This document shows, in pieces, positions 53,156-61,867 of a DNA stretch of 61,867 bases; positions within the stretch are counted from its first letter, which is position 1; every line of letters begins with the position of its first letter. The translations under genes and the position numbers were made by a program. Under the pieces are notes generated by a model that did no database searches, was not told the origin of the DNA, and was given only the letters and a program-made list of their open reading frames with translations. This DNA is from Dehalococcoidia bacterium (GTDB lineage Bacteria > Chloroflexota > Dehalococcoidia > JAUQQI01). The DNA is taken from NCBI GenBank assembly GCA_034432015.1, contig DAOUCL010000043.1:1-61867 (forward strand), read 5' to 3'.

Positions 53156-54142
53156 TTACTTAACGGGCAGCTGCTCGAGGAGGGTCCGGACCACCTGGTC
53201 GGGCTGGATGCCCTCGGCCTGGCCCTCAAAGTTGAGGATGATCCGGTGCCGGAGGGCCGGCAGGGCCACCGCCCGAACGTCGTCGATGGCCACGTTGAAG
53301 CGGCCGTCGAGGAGGGCCGCAATCTTCGCCCCCAAGACCAGGGCCTGCGCACCCCGGGGACTGCTCCCGTAGCGGACGTAGCGCCTTACCACGTCGGGGG
53401 CTTCGGGGTTCTCCGGGTGGGTTGCCAGGACCAGGCGGGCGATGTAATCCATAACCGGGGAGGCCACCGCCAGGCCCCGGGCCAGCTCCCCCATGGCCAG
53501 GATCGTTTCGCCGTCGGCCACCGTTTCGACCCGGGGCTCCTCGACGGTGGTGGTGCGGTTGAGGATGTCGATAAGCTCATCGGCCCGGGGAAAAGAAACC
53601 AAAAGCTTGAAGAAAAACCGGTCGAGCTGGGCCTCGGGGAGGGGGTAGGTGCCCTCCATCTCGATGGGGTTCTGGGTGGCCAGGACGAAGAAGGGCCGGG
53701 GGAGGCGGTGGATGGTGTTGCTTACGGTGACGGTCCGCTCCTGCATCGCCTCAAGAAGGGCCGACTGGGTCTTCGGGGTGGCCCGGTTCACCTCGTCGGC
53801 CAGCACCAGGTTGGCAAAGATGGGCCCCGGCTGGAACTGAAAAGTCCGCCCCCCCACCTCGTCCTCAACCAGGATCATCGTGCCGGTAATGTCCGAGGGC
53901 ATCAGGTCGGGGGTAAACTGAATCCGGCTGAACTTTAAATTAAGGGCCGAGGCCAGGGTTCGGACCAGCATCGTCTTGCCCAGCCCGGGCACCCCTTCCA
54001 GGAGGACGTGGCCGCCGGCGATGAGGGCGATGAGGACGTAGCGGACCACCTCCCGCTGGCCGACGATAACCTTGCCGACCTCGGCCTCGATTCGGGCTGT
54101 GACTTTCTGAAACTCTTCGACGGTTAGGGCCGTTTCAACCAA
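53156..54142 (-). CDS. moxR: MoxR-family AAA+ ATPase
   Basis: GHVLLEGVPGLGKT, ILLADEVNRATPKTQSALLEAMQE, and VLATQNP.E.EGTYPLPEAQLDRF. Confidence 0.9.
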   Translation of the reverse strand: MVETALTVEEFQKVTARIEAEVGKVIVGQREVVRYVLIALIAGGHVLLEGVPGLGKTMLVRTLASALNLKFSRIQFTPDLMPSDITGTMILVEDEVGGRTFQFQPGPIFANLVLADEVNRATPKTQSALLEAMQERTVTVSNTIHRLPRPFFVLATQNPIEMEGTYPLPEAQLDRFFFKLLVSFPRADELIDILNRTTTVEEPRVETVADGETILAMGELARGLAVASPVMDYIARLVLATHPENPEAPDVVRRYVRYGSSPRGAQALVLGAKIAALLDGRFNVAIDDVRAVALPALRHRIILNFEGQAEGIQPDQVVRTLLEQLPVK

Positions 54143-54167
54143 CGCAAGCCCCCTGCGGCCAAAGTTT

Positions 54168-55820
54168 TTATCTACCCTGACTTAAAGCGTCAAAATAAGC
54201 CTTAACCAGGTCTTTAAAGGGTCCGGGCACGTAGCCGCCGTCCAGGGCCCGGCCGGCGGCCGCCTGGTACTGGCCGACCACCTCCTGATAGGGAACCAGC
54301 ATCCGTCCGACCTCCACCGGCCCATCCCCCGGCTGGCGCTCGACGGGGCCCTGGGACTGCTGGCCGGGGATAAAAGAGGTCTGGCCGGGGGAACCGAGCC
54401 GCCGGACCGGGGCGTAGACGGCGTCCAGCTCGCCGGTAGCGGTACTGCCCGGCCGGTCGGTCAGCGGCCGGCCGCCCCCGGTGGCCACCCCGCCCGGGGA
54501 AGTTGGGGCGGTGGTGCCGGCCACATCCCCCGAAGTCTGACCCGAAAATCCGGCCCCGGTCCCCGACCGGTCGGAACCGGCACCCTGACCCGGCTGGCCC
54601 TGGGCACCCTGGCCGGGTTGCTGGCCCTGCCCGCCCCGGTTCCCGGCCTGGGCGCCCGGGCCCGACGGCCCGGCCAGCTGCCGCCGCTCGGCCTCAAGGC
54701 GGTCGATAACCCGGGCGAGCCGTTCCTGGCCCTCCACCCGCCGGCCCATCTCGCCGGCCAGCCGCCCGGCCTCCGCCAGGGCCTGGCGGGCGGCGTCGAG
54801 GTCGCCCCGGCGGAGGGCGTCGGCGGCCTGCTGGAGCCGCTCGGCCAGGGCCGGATTAATGCCCCGCAGGGTCTGGGCCGCCCGCTCCAGGGCCTGGGCC
54901 AGGGCTTCCCGGTTTTCGGCCGAAAGCTCCCCAAGCCGGCCGGCGGTATTCTCCAGGGCCTCCGCCGGGGCCTGCCGGTCACCCTGGCCGAACCTTTCCC
55001 CCAGGCCCGGGGCCTGCCCCGAGCGCTCCAGTTCCCGGGCCAACCGGTCGAGGCCGAACCTTTCGGCCTGGGCCCGAGGACCCAATTGGCCGGCCAGATT
55101 CTGCTGGGCCTCGGCCAGGCGGGCCAGGGCCTGCTCCCGGTTAGGGCCGGCTTCGGCGAGTTCCCGGCTCAGCCGTTCGAGCTGTTCTTGGGCTTGCTCA
55201 AGCTCGGGGGAGGGGTTCGGCGAACTTCCCAGCTCCCCCCTTAGCCCCCCGATGCGGGCCTGGACCGCGGCGATGGCCTGGCGGGCCTCCGCCTCCCGGG
55301 CCAGTAACCGGTCCCGGGGGTTCGGCTGAAAAGTGAGCCAGAGAAAAAGGGCCGTAAGCAGGGCCGCGGCCAGCCAGCGGAGGGGGTGCCACCGCCAGGG
55401 GAAAACCCGGGCCGGGGGGACCGCCGAGCCCGCGGCCAGGGCGTCGGCCAGCTGGCGGTCGGCGAAGGGGGAGCGGATGCGCCCCTGGGAAAGCTCCACG
55501 GCGGTGGTGAGCCGGTCCTTAAGGCCGGCCGAAAGGTCCACCAGCCGGGCGATTCTCAGGTCGCCCCAGCCCAGGCGGATAAGGTAAACCCCGAGGCCGA
55601 CCAGGGCGGGCAGGAGGAGCAGGAGGCCGGCCAGCCGAACCTGGGCGGAAGGCAGGCCGGGGAGAAGGAAGTTAACCGCGGCCAGGGCCGCCCCCGCCGC
55701 CCCCCAGAGGCCCAGGGCCCCGGCGACGGCGGCCCAGATTTCGACGAGCAGGCGCCGGCGCCGAAATCGGCCCAGCAGACTCTTCAGTTCGGCCCCCATA
55801 GCTCCTCCAGACCGCGGCAC
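54168..55820 (-). CDS. membrane-anchored coiled-coil protein with a Gly/Gln-rich linker (DUF4175-like), first gene of the MoxR cluster
   Basis: N-terminal TM helices, long A/E/Q/R/L heptad-like repeats, a GQGQQPGQGAQGQPGQG tract, and a conserved-looking C-terminus YFDALS. Confidence 0.6.
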   Translation of the reverse strand: MPRSGGAMGAELKSLLGRFRRRRLLVEIWAAVAGALGLWGAAGAALAAVNFLLPGLPSAQVRLAGLLLLLPALVGLGVYLIRLGWGDLRIARLVDLSAGLKDRLTTAVELSQGRIRSPFADRQLADALAAGSAVPPARVFPWRWHPLRWLAAALLTALFLWLTFQPNPRDRLLAREAEARQAIAAVQARIGGLRGELGSSPNPSPELEQAQEQLERLSRELAEAGPNREQALARLAEAQQNLAGQLGPRAQAERFGLDRLARELERSGQAPGLGERFGQGDRQAPAEALENTAGRLGELSAENREALAQALERAAQTLRGINPALAERLQQAADALRRGDLDAARQALAEAGRLAGEMGRRVEGQERLARVIDRLEAERRQLAGPSGPGAQAGNRGGQGQQPGQGAQGQPGQGAGSDRSGTGAGFSGQTSGDVAGTTAPTSPGGVATGGGRPLTDRPGSTATGELDAVYAPVRRLGSPGQTSFIPGQQSQGPVERQPGDGPVEVGRMLVPYQEVVGQYQAAAGRALDGGYVPGPFKDLVKAYFDALSQGR

Positions 55821-55887
55821 CCTTCGGCCGCCGCCCTAACTACTCTAGTATCCCCCGGCCGAAAACTTTTGTCCAGTTGCGCCCGAC

Positions 55888-56601
55888 TCAACCCGGCCGG
55901 CGGCCAAAGTAGACCGCCACCAGTCCCAGGGTCAGGGGCCGAAAGCCGGTCTCTTCGAAGCCGGCGGCGGCCATCACTTTTAAAAGCTCCGCCCCCCGGG
56001 GCAGGTTTTTCAGCGACGCCGGCAGGTAGGCGTAGGCGGCGGGGTCGCCGGAGATGAGGCCCCCTACCAGGGGCACCAGCCGGTAAAAATAGAGGCGGTA
56101 GAGGGGCATCAGGGGCCCAAGGTTCGGTTCGACGGCATCCAGGCAGACGACCCGGCCACCGGGCTTCAGCACCCGGTACATCTCCCGAAAAGCCTGGTTT
56201 AAGTCGGCCAGGTTTCGGAGGAGAAACCCGTTAATTACCACGTCGAAGGTGTTGTCGGCGAAGGGCAGGTTTAAGGCGTCCCCCACCACCCAGTCAGGCG
56301 GCGGCGAAAGGCCGAGCCGCCGGGCCTTGGATGCGGCCAGGACCAGCATTTCGGGGGCAAAATCGACCCCGACCACCCGGGCGGCCCCCTGCCGCAGGGC
56401 CGCGAAGGCCAGCTCCCCGGTCCCCGTGGCCAGGTCGAGGACCCGGGCGCCGCCGACCCCGGCCCGCAGAACCGCCGTCCGCCGCCAGTACCGGTCGAGG
56501 CCCCAGGACATCAGGGTATTAAGCAGGTCGTAGCGGGCGACGATCCGGCGGAACATCGCCCGCACCTGCCGGGCCTTTTCGAGGGGGCTCTCCGTTGCCA
56601 C
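55888..56601 (-). CDS. ubiE: demethylmenaquinone/ubiquinone C-methyltransferase
   Basis: F..IA.RYDLLN..MS.G.DR.WRR plus the SAM motif VLDLATGTG. Confidence 0.85.
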   Translation of the reverse strand: MATESPLEKARQVRAMFRRIVARYDLLNTLMSWGLDRYWRRTAVLRAGVGGARVLDLATGTGELAFAALRQGAARVVGVDFAPEMLVLAASKARRLGLSPPPDWVVGDALNLPFADNTFDVVINGFLLRNLADLNQAFREMYRVLKPGGRVVCLDAVEPNLGPLMPLYRLYFYRLVPLVGGLISGDPAAYAYLPASLKNLPRGAELLKVMAAAGFEETGFRPLTLGLVAVYFGRRPG

Positions 56602-56615
56602 CTTCCCCCAAGTTT

Positions 56616-56621
56616 TATAAT
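56616..56621 (+). promoter_or_regulatory. candidate -10 box for purQL
   Basis: TATAAT in the AT-rich divergent spacer, followed by the ACGGAGG RBS. Confidence 0.4.
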
Positions 56622-56666
56622 AGTTTTTGCGGTGGCTTTGAATCCTACGGAGGCTTTTACTTAAAT

Positions 56667-57371
56667 TTGCGCTTCGGCGTCGTTCGCTTCCCCGGAACCT
56701 GGAGCGACCTGGATTGCTTCTACGTCCTTTCCGAGGTTTACGGCCAAGACGTCCGCTACGTCTGGTACCGGGAGACGGACCTTTCCGACCTGGATTGCGT
56801 CATCCTGCCGGGGGGCTTCTCCTACGGAGATTACCTGCGCCCGGGGGCCATCGCCCGGTTTGCGCCGGTGATGGGGGCGGTGGCCGACTTTGCGGCCGCC
56901 GGCCGGCTGGTTCTGGGGATCTGCAACGGCTTTCAGATTCTGTGCGAAGCCGGCCTTTTACCCGGGGCCCTTTTGCCAAATAACCACCTCCAGTTCCGGT
57001 GCCAGTGGGTCTACCTGCGGGTGGAAAACAACGAGACCCCCTTCACCCTCGCCTGTGCCCGGGGTCAGGTCCTTAAAATCCCCATCTCCCACGGCGACGG
57101 CAATTACTTCGCCGACCCCCAAACCCTGGCCGAACTGGAGCGGACCGGCCGGGTGGTATTCCGCTACGCCACCCCGGCGGGGGAAATAACCCCCGAGGCG
57201 AACCCCAACGGGTCGGCAAACAACATCGCGGGAATTATCAACCCCGCCGGCAACGTCCTGGGGATGATGCCCCACCCGGAGCGGGCCTCGGAAGAGGTCC
57301 TGGGAAGCGCCGACGGCCGCTACATCTGGGACTCGATAATCAGGTGGGCCAGTGGACGCAACCCTGCTTAG
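56667..57371 (+). CDS. purQ: phosphoribosylformylglycinamidine synthase I (glutaminase subunit)
   Basis: (M)[16 protein letters not shown] and the catalytic GICNGFQIL...MPHPER. Probable TTG start at 56667. Confidence 0.85.
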   Translation: MRFGVVRFPGTWSDLDCFYVLSEVYGQDVRYVWYRETDLSDLDCVILPGGFSYGDYLRPGAIARFAPVMGAVADFAAAGRLVLGICNGFQILCEAGLLPGALLPNNHLQFRCQWVYLRVENNETPFTLACARGQVLKIPISHGDGNYFADPQTLAELERTGRVVFRYATPAGEITPEANPNGSANNIAGIINPAGNVLGMMPHPERASEEVLGSADGRYIWDSIIRWASGRNPA

Positions 57372-59610
57372 GCAAGTCGGCTTAACCGAATCGGAATACC
57401 GGACCCTGGTCGAACGCCTCGGCCGGCCCCCTAACCACCTGGAGCTGGGGATGGTCGGGGCCCTCTGGAGCGAGCACTGCGGCTACAAGCACACCAAGCC
57501 CCTCCTCAAGATGCTGCCGGGGACCGGTCCCCGGGTGGTGGTCGGCCCCGGGGAGGAGAACGCCGGGGTGGTCAGCATCGGGGACGGCTACGTGGTGGCC
57601 CTCAAGATTGAGTCCCACAACCACCCCTCGGCGGTGGAGCCCTATCAGGGGGCGGCCACCGGGGTTGGGGGCATCCTCCGGGACATCTTCACCATGGGGG
57701 CCCGGCCCGTCGCCCTCCTCGACTCCCTCCGGTTCGGCCCCCTGTCGGTCCCCCGCAACCGGTACCTGTTCAACGGGGTCGTGGCCGGCATTGCCGGCTA
57801 CGGCAACTGCGTCGGGGTCCCAACCGTCGGGGGCGAGGTTTTCTTCGACCCCGCCTACTCCGACAACCCCCTGGTCAACGTCATGTGCGTCGGCCTGGCC
57901 AAGGCCGACCGACTCCTGCGGGCCCGAACCGGCCGGCCCGGCGACCTCCTGATCCTGGTGGGGGCGGCCACCGGCCGGGACGGCATCCACGGGGCCGCCT
58001 TCGCCAGCTCCACCCTGGGGGCGGAGACCGAGGCCCTGCGGCCGGCGGTTCAGGTTGGGGACCCCTTCACCGAGAAGCTGCTTTTAGAGGCCTGCCTGGA
58101 GCTGGCCGAATCGGGCCTCCCCGTGGGCCTCCAGGACCTGGGGGCGGCGGGGATCACGGCCGCGGCCGTCGAAGCCGCCGCCCGGGGCGGCCACGGCGTC
58201 GAGGTGGACGTGGACCGGGTGCCCCGGCGGGAGGCCGGAATGACCCCCTACGAGGTGATGCTTTCGGAATCGCAGGAGCGGATGCTGGTCATCGCCCGGC
58301 CCGAGGATGAGCCGAAAATCGGAGCCATCTTCGCCAAGTGGGGCCTTAATTACAGCATCATCGGCCGGGTCACCGCCGACGGCCTGATTCGGGTGCTGGC
58401 CGGGGGCCAGGTTGTGGGAGAGCTGCCCGTAAGGCTGCTAACAGACCCCCCAACCTACCGGCTCGAGGGTAGGCCCCTCCCGGAGTGGGCGGAGCGCCGC
58501 CGGCTCGACCTGGGCGCCCTGCCCGACCTACGCCTCTTTGCGCCCCCCTGGGAGACTACGGGCATACCGGTGGTGAGCGACGTGCTGGTTCGGCTGCTGG
58601 AATCGCCCAACATTGCCAGCAAAGAATACGTTTTCCGCCAGTACGACCACCAGGTCCTCCTCAACACGGTGGTGGGGCCGGGGGCGGATGCGGCCGTCCT
58701 TCGGGTTAAAGGCACCAACAGGGCCATTGCCGTCACCACCGACGGCAACGGTCGGCTCTGCTTTCTTAACCCTTACGTGGGGGCGATGGCGGCGGTGGCC
58801 GAAGCCGCCCGGAACCTGGTGTGCGTGGGGGCCGAGCCCATCGCCGCCACCGACTGCCTTAACTTCGGCAACCCCGAGCGGCCGGAGATTTACTGGCAGC
58901 TGGAGGAGGCGATTCGGGGGATGGCCGAGGCCCTGCGGGCCCTGGAGATACCCGTCGTCTCCGGCAACGCCTCCCTTTACAACGAGACCGAGGGCCGGGC
59001 CGTGCTACCCACTCCCATCGTCGGGATGGTAGGCCTTATCGAGGACCTAAACCACGTCTGCACCCCGGGGTTTAAGGCCGAGGGGGACCTGGTGGCCCTG
59101 GTGGGGCCGCCCCCCGATGGGGCTGACCCGGCGGCCGCCCTGGCCGGAAGCGAATATTTAAGCCTCATTCACAACCAGGTCCGGGGCGAGCCTAGCATCG
59201 ACCTCGACCTGGAGCGCCGGGTCCAACTTACGGTCCTAGAGGGGATTCGCCGGGGGGTTATCCGGTCGGCCCACGACTGCTCGGAGGGGGGCCTGGCGGT
59301 GGCTCTGGCCGAGTGCTGCATCCACGGGGATGTCGGCTTCCGGGACTGGGCTTTCGAGCCCGGGGGCCGGTTGGATGTGGCCCTCTTCGGCGAGGTCCCG
59401 AGCCGGGTCGTAGTCTCGGTAAGTCCCGGCCAGTACCTCCGGCTTCAAGAGCTCGCCCGCAACTTCGGAGTCCCCCTTACCAAACTGGGCGTCGTCGGGG
59501 GTCGGCGTTTCACCATAAAGGGGATAGTGGACCTGCCCCTCAGCCTCCTGGCCGACGCCTGGCGCAACGGCTTGGTCCGGGCCTTGGGGGCCACCGCCCG
59601 TCCCACCTGA
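57352..59610 (+). CDS. purL: phosphoribosylformylglycinamidine synthase II
   Basis: G..WSEHC.YK, ESHNHPS, and duplicated AIR-synthase-like domains. 752 aa. Confidence 0.95.
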   Translation: MDATLLRQVGLTESEYRTLVERLGRPPNHLELGMVGALWSEHCGYKHTKPLLKMLPGTGPRVVVGPGEENAGVVSIGDGYVVALKIESHNHPSAVEPYQGAATGVGGILRDIFTMGARPVALLDSLRFGPLSVPRNRYLFNGVVAGIAGYGNCVGVPTVGGEVFFDPAYSDNPLVNVMCVGLAKADRLLRARTGRPGDLLILVGAATGRDGIHGAAFASSTLGAETEALRPAVQVGDPFTEKLLLEACLELAESGLPVGLQDLGAAGITAAAVEAAARGGHGVEVDVDRVPRREAGMTPYEVMLSESQERMLVIARPEDEPKIGAIFAKWGLNYSIIGRVTADGLIRVLAGGQVVGELPVRLLTDPPTYRLEGRPLPEWAERRRLDLGALPDLRLFAPPWETTGIPVVSDVLVRLLESPNIASKEYVFRQYDHQVLLNTVVGPGADAAVLRVKGTNRAIAVTTDGNGRLCFLNPYVGAMAAVAEAARNLVCVGAEPIAATDCLNFGNPERPEIYWQLEEAIRGMAEALRALEIPVVSGNASLYNETEGRAVLPTPIVGMVGLIEDLNHVCTPGFKAEGDLVALVGPPPDGADPAAALAGSEYLSLIHNQVRGEPSIDLDLERRVQLTVLEGIRRGVIRSAHDCSEGGLAVALAECCIHGDVGFRDWAFEPGGRLDVALFGEVPSRVVVSVSPGQYLRLQELARNFGVPLTKLGVVGGRRFTIKGIVDLPLSLLADAWRNGLVRALGATARPT

Positions 59611-59717
59611 TATCAGGCCAGCGGGGCTCGCTATTTTTTGGCGCCGAAATGGCAGGGGCGCCCCTACAGCATGCAGCCAAGCTTCGTACCTTAACGCCGA
59701 AGGCAGGGCCCCTGAGG

Positions 59718-59723
59718 TATAAT
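59718..59723 (+). promoter_or_regulatory. candidate -10 box for the rpsP operon
   Basis: TATAAT 41 nt upstream of ATG 59765, with a CTGGAGGA RBS in between. Confidence 0.4.
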
Positions 59724-59764
59724 CTTTACTTGGACAGAACCAAGACCCTGGAGGACCGACCTGA

Positions 59765-60019
59765 ATGCTGCGAATTCGCCTGCGCCGGATGGGAAGCAAA
59801 AACCGGCCCTTTTACCGGATCGTGGTGGCCGATGCCCGGGCCCCCCGGGACGGGCGGTATATCGACATGGTGGGCATCTACGACCCCCTTACCGAGCCCT
59901 TTACCCTGCGGGTCGACGCCGATAAGGTTCGGGAGTGGCTCCGCAAAGGGGCCCAGCCCACCGACACCGTCGCCCGCCTCCTGGCCCGGGCCGGGGTCGA
60001 CCTGGGAGGGCGCGGGTGA
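59765..60019 (+). CDS. rpsP: 30S ribosomal protein S16
   Basis: [31 protein letters not shown]. Confidence 0.95.
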   Translation: MLRIRLRRMGSKNRPFYRIVVADARAPRDGRYIDMVGIYDPLTEPFTLRVDADKVREWLRKGAQPTDTVARLLARAGVDLGGRG

Positions 60020-60258
60020 AATCCTTCGTCGAATTTGTCGTGAGGTCGGTCGCCACCCGGCCCGAGGAGGTGAGGGTCGAGGAGGCCGACGAGGGTGGGG
60101 TTCGGGTCTTCCGGGTCCGGGTCGCCCCGGAGGATGTCGGCCGGGTCATCGGCCGCCAGGGCCAGGTGATCCAGGCCGTCCGCACCATCCTGCGGGCCGT
60201 GGCCGCCCGGCGGGGCGAGCGGGTTCAGGTCGAACTGGCCCAGGAGCAAACCCCTTGA
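60016..60258 (+). CDS. KH-domain RNA-binding protein (YlqC/UPF0109 family)
   Basis: Canonical position between rpsP and rim[19 protein letters not shown] is the KH GxxG motif. GTG 60016 overlaps the rpsP stop (GTGA). Confidence 0.8.
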   Translation: MKSFVEFVVRSVATRPEEVRVEEADEGGVRVFRVRVAPEDVGRVIGRQGQVIQAVRTILRAVAARRGERVQVELAQEQTP

Positions 60259-60265
60259 CCCGACC

Positions 60266-60766
60266 ATGGTGGAGCTCAAGTTTGTGGCCATCGGGAAGGT
60301 CCGCCGGCCTCACGGCGTCCGGGGTGAGGTCAAAGTTCAGCTTCTAACGGACTTCCCGGAGCGCTTTAAGGGCCTCAAGACCGTCTATATCGACGAGCAG
60401 CCTTACACCATCGAGCGGCGCCGGTTTACGGGGGATGGGATCCTCATCAAGTTCGCGGGCATCGATACCCCCGAGGAGGCGGCCTTCCTCCGGAACCGCC
60501 TCATCGAGGTCCCCGTCTCCGAAACCGTCCCCCTGCCCCCAGACACTTACTATCACTTTCAGATCCTCGGCCTCGAGGCCGTCACCACCGCCGGGGAGGT
60601 CCTGGGCAAGGTGGTGGACATCATCGTAACCGGTGCCAACGACGTCTACGTCGTCCGCTCCGCCGAGGGCCGGGAGGTCCTGCTGCCGGCCATCGAGGAC
60701 GTCGTCAAAGAGGTCGACCTCGGGGCCAACCGGTTGGTGGTGGAGCTTATACCCGGCTTAGTTTAG
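60266..60766 (+). CDS. rimM: 16S rRNA processing protein RimM
   Basis: IGKV.RPHGVRGEVKV...DFPERF, a PRC-barrel C-terminus, and rpsP-KH-rimM synteny. Confidence 0.9.
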   Translation: MVELKFVAIGKVRRPHGVRGEVKVQLLTDFPERFKGLKTVYIDEQPYTIERRRFTGDGILIKFAGIDTPEEAAFLRNRLIEVPVSETVPLPPDTYYHFQILGLEAVTTAGEVLGKVVDIIVTGANDVYVVRSAEGREVLLPAIEDVVKEVDLGANRLVVELIPGLV

Positions 60767-60778
60767 AGTCCCCCCGAA

Positions 60779-60814
60779 AATACTGCGGGCGGGGAATTCC
60801 CCGCCCGCAGTATT
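60779..60814. terminator. bidirectional intrinsic terminator between rimM and glnA
   Basis: A perfect 16-bp inverted repeat AATACTGCGGGCGGGG / CCCCGCCCGCAGTATT around an AATT loop, flanked by A-run/T-run on both sides. Confidence 0.8.
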
Positions 60815-60830
60815 TCTGGCCGTCCTCCAA

Positions 60831-61867
60831 TTAGACGTCGTGGTAGAGGTAAAATTCGTAGGGGTGGGGCCTGAGGTTTACCTGCTTGAGCTCCCGCTCA
60901 CGCTTGTAGTTTACCCAGGTCTCGATGACGTCCGGGGTGAAGACATCCCCCCGGAGCAGGTATTCGTGGTCCTGCTCTAGGGCATCCAGGACCTCGCCCA
61001 GGGAGCCGGGCGTCGACTTGATGGCGGCCGCTTCCTCCGGCTCCAGCTCGTAGAGGTCCTTGTCGATGGGGGCCGGGGGCTCGGTCCGGTTGATGATACC
61101 GTCGATGCCGGCCATCAGGATGGCGGCGAAGGCCAGGTAGGGGTTGGCCGACGGGTCCGGCGGCCGGAACTCGATTCGCTTGGCGGCCGGGTTGTCGCTG
61201 TACATGGGGATCCGGACGCAGGCGCTCCGGTTGCGCTGGGAGTAGACCAGGTTGATGGGCGCCTCGTAACCCGGCACCAGCCGCCGGTAGGAGTTGGTCG
61301 TCGGGGCGCAGAAGGCCAGCAACGACGGGGCGTGGGCCAGCAGGCCGCCGATGAACCACCTGGCCAGGTCCGAAAGAAGGGCGTACCCGGTCTCGTCGAA
61401 GAAGAGGTTGGTCCCGTCCTTCCAGAGGCTCACGTGGGTGTGCATCCCCGAGCCGTTATCGCCGAAGATGGGCTTCGGCATGAAAGTGGCCACGTATCCC
61501 CGCTCATTGCAGACGTTCTTGATGATGTACTTGTAGAGCATGACGTTGTCAGCCATCCGGGTCAGGGTCTGGAAGCGCATGTCGATCTCGCCCTGGCCGG
61601 CGGTGCCCACCTCGTGGTGGTGAATTTCCACCTGGACGCCAACCTGCATCAGCCGCAGGACGATCTCCGACCGGAGGTCCTGGAGCTTGTCGGTGGGCGG
61701 CACCGGGAAGTAGCCCTCCTTGTAGCGCGGCCGGTAGGCCAGGTTCCGGCCGTTCTGCCCGTTGGCCCCCGAATCCCAGACCCCTTCATCGGACCCGATG
61801 AAGTAAAAGCCCGAGTGGGTCGTCTGGTCGAACCTGAGGTCCGTGAAGATGTAAAACTCAACCTCCG
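60831..61867 (-). CDS. glnA: glutamine synthetase type I, 5'-truncated by the window edge
   Basis: The frame is open to the window end (…[14 protein letters not shown]…[13 protein letters not shown]). The listed start 61703 is an internal GTG. Contains the NGSGMH.H.SLW motif. Confidence 0.9.
   Translation of the reverse strand, partial: EVEFYIFTDLRFDQTTHSGFYFIGSDEGVWDSGANGQNGRNLAYRPRYKEGYFPVPPTDKLQDLRSEIVLRLMQVGVQVEIHHHEVGTAGQGEIDMRFQTLTRMADNVMLYKYIIKNVCNERGYVATFMPKPIFGDNGSGMHTHVSLWKDGTNLFFDETGYALLSDLARWFIGGLLAHAPSLLAFCAPTTNSYRRLVPGYEAPINLVYSQRNRSACVRIPMYSDNPAAKRIEFRPPDPSANPYLAFAAILMAGIDGIINRTEPPAPIDKDLYELEPEEAAAIKSTPGSLGEVLDALEQDHEYLLRGDVFTPDVIETWVNYKRERELKQVNLRPHPYEFYLYHDV

Noticed and set aside
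59611-59660. A possible intrinsic terminator after purL (AGCG-GGGCU-CGCU followed by UAUUUUUUGG), and the GGCGCC...GGCGCC palindrome just downstream.
   Set aside because: The stems are only 4-6 bp. The T-run is suggestive, but the hairpin is too weak to call by eye.
1-61867. A scan for CRISPR repeats, tRNA/rRNA genes, IS elements, integrases, phage or defence-system genes, and long direct or inverted repeats.
   Set aside because: None was found by eye. The intergenic regions are short (mostly under 120 nt) and lack tRNA-like GTTCGAATC/T-loop motifs or spaced repeats. No transposase, recombinase, or restriction, Cas, Abi or toxin-like proteins are on the ORF track. A visual scan cannot exclude small RNAs.

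Overview
This is a 61.9-kb chromosomal segment from a high-GC bacterium. By eye most lines are about 65-72% GC. It is probably a thermophile: the proteins are rich in Arg/Glu/Leu/Val, operon-internal genes use strong GGAGG Shine-Dalgarno sites, and TATAAT -10 boxes sit in the few AT-rich intergenic spots. I support about 58 protein-coding genes, tightly packed, with many 1-4 nt start/stop overlaps. I saw no rRNA, tRNA, CRISPR array, transposase or integrase.

Contents, left to right:
- a 5'-truncated family-5 ABC binding protein
- a TPP-riboswitch-controlled thiamin-salvage operon (tenA, a tenA-like gene, a small membrane protein)
- an M50 protease-tyrA-aroA-gmk string
- an ECF-type transporter (S, T and a duplicated ATPase)
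- DppB/C-type permeases
- crotonase plus a family III CoA-transferase
- a lower-GC sugar ABC operon whose binding-protein gene is frameshifted
- a pyrE-like gene
- a gatB-yvcK-yfhO-(membrane spermidine-synthase-like)-larA-like string
- a GH57 enzyme and lysS
- a membrane-fused sulfite-oxidase-family molybdoenzyme
- hpt and a small MscS channel
- a sulfur/selenium operon: Rrf2 regulator, cysK, a CysO-like ubiquitin-fold domain fused to a ThiF/MoeB E1, free cysO-like, cysM, selD
- a DapA-like::RNase H fusion
- a NUDIX hydrolase, a cNMP-binding protein, a D-cysteine desulfhydrase-family enzyme and a beta-hydroxyacid dehydrogenase
- a MoxR-DUF58-vWA (Bat-like) cluster
- ubiE, purQ, purL, rpsP, a KH protein and rimM
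- a 5'-truncated glnA

Most notable observations:
1. selD is a selenoprotein gene. It has an in-frame UGA at the catalytic position and a SECIS-like hairpin, and the ORF track cut 32 codons off its N-terminus.
2. selD is translationally coupled to a CysO/CysM/E1 protein-thiocarboxylate module that has no JAMM peptidase and no rhodanese domain in view.
3. The E1 carries its own N-terminal Ubl domain with an internal Gly-Gly.
4. A DapA-like aldolase is fused to an RNase H domain.
5. A membrane-protein gene is interrupted by a single in-frame TAG.

Everything here was read by eye without tools. RNA-element boundaries and promoter calls are approximate, and homology statements rest on recognised motifs, not searches.
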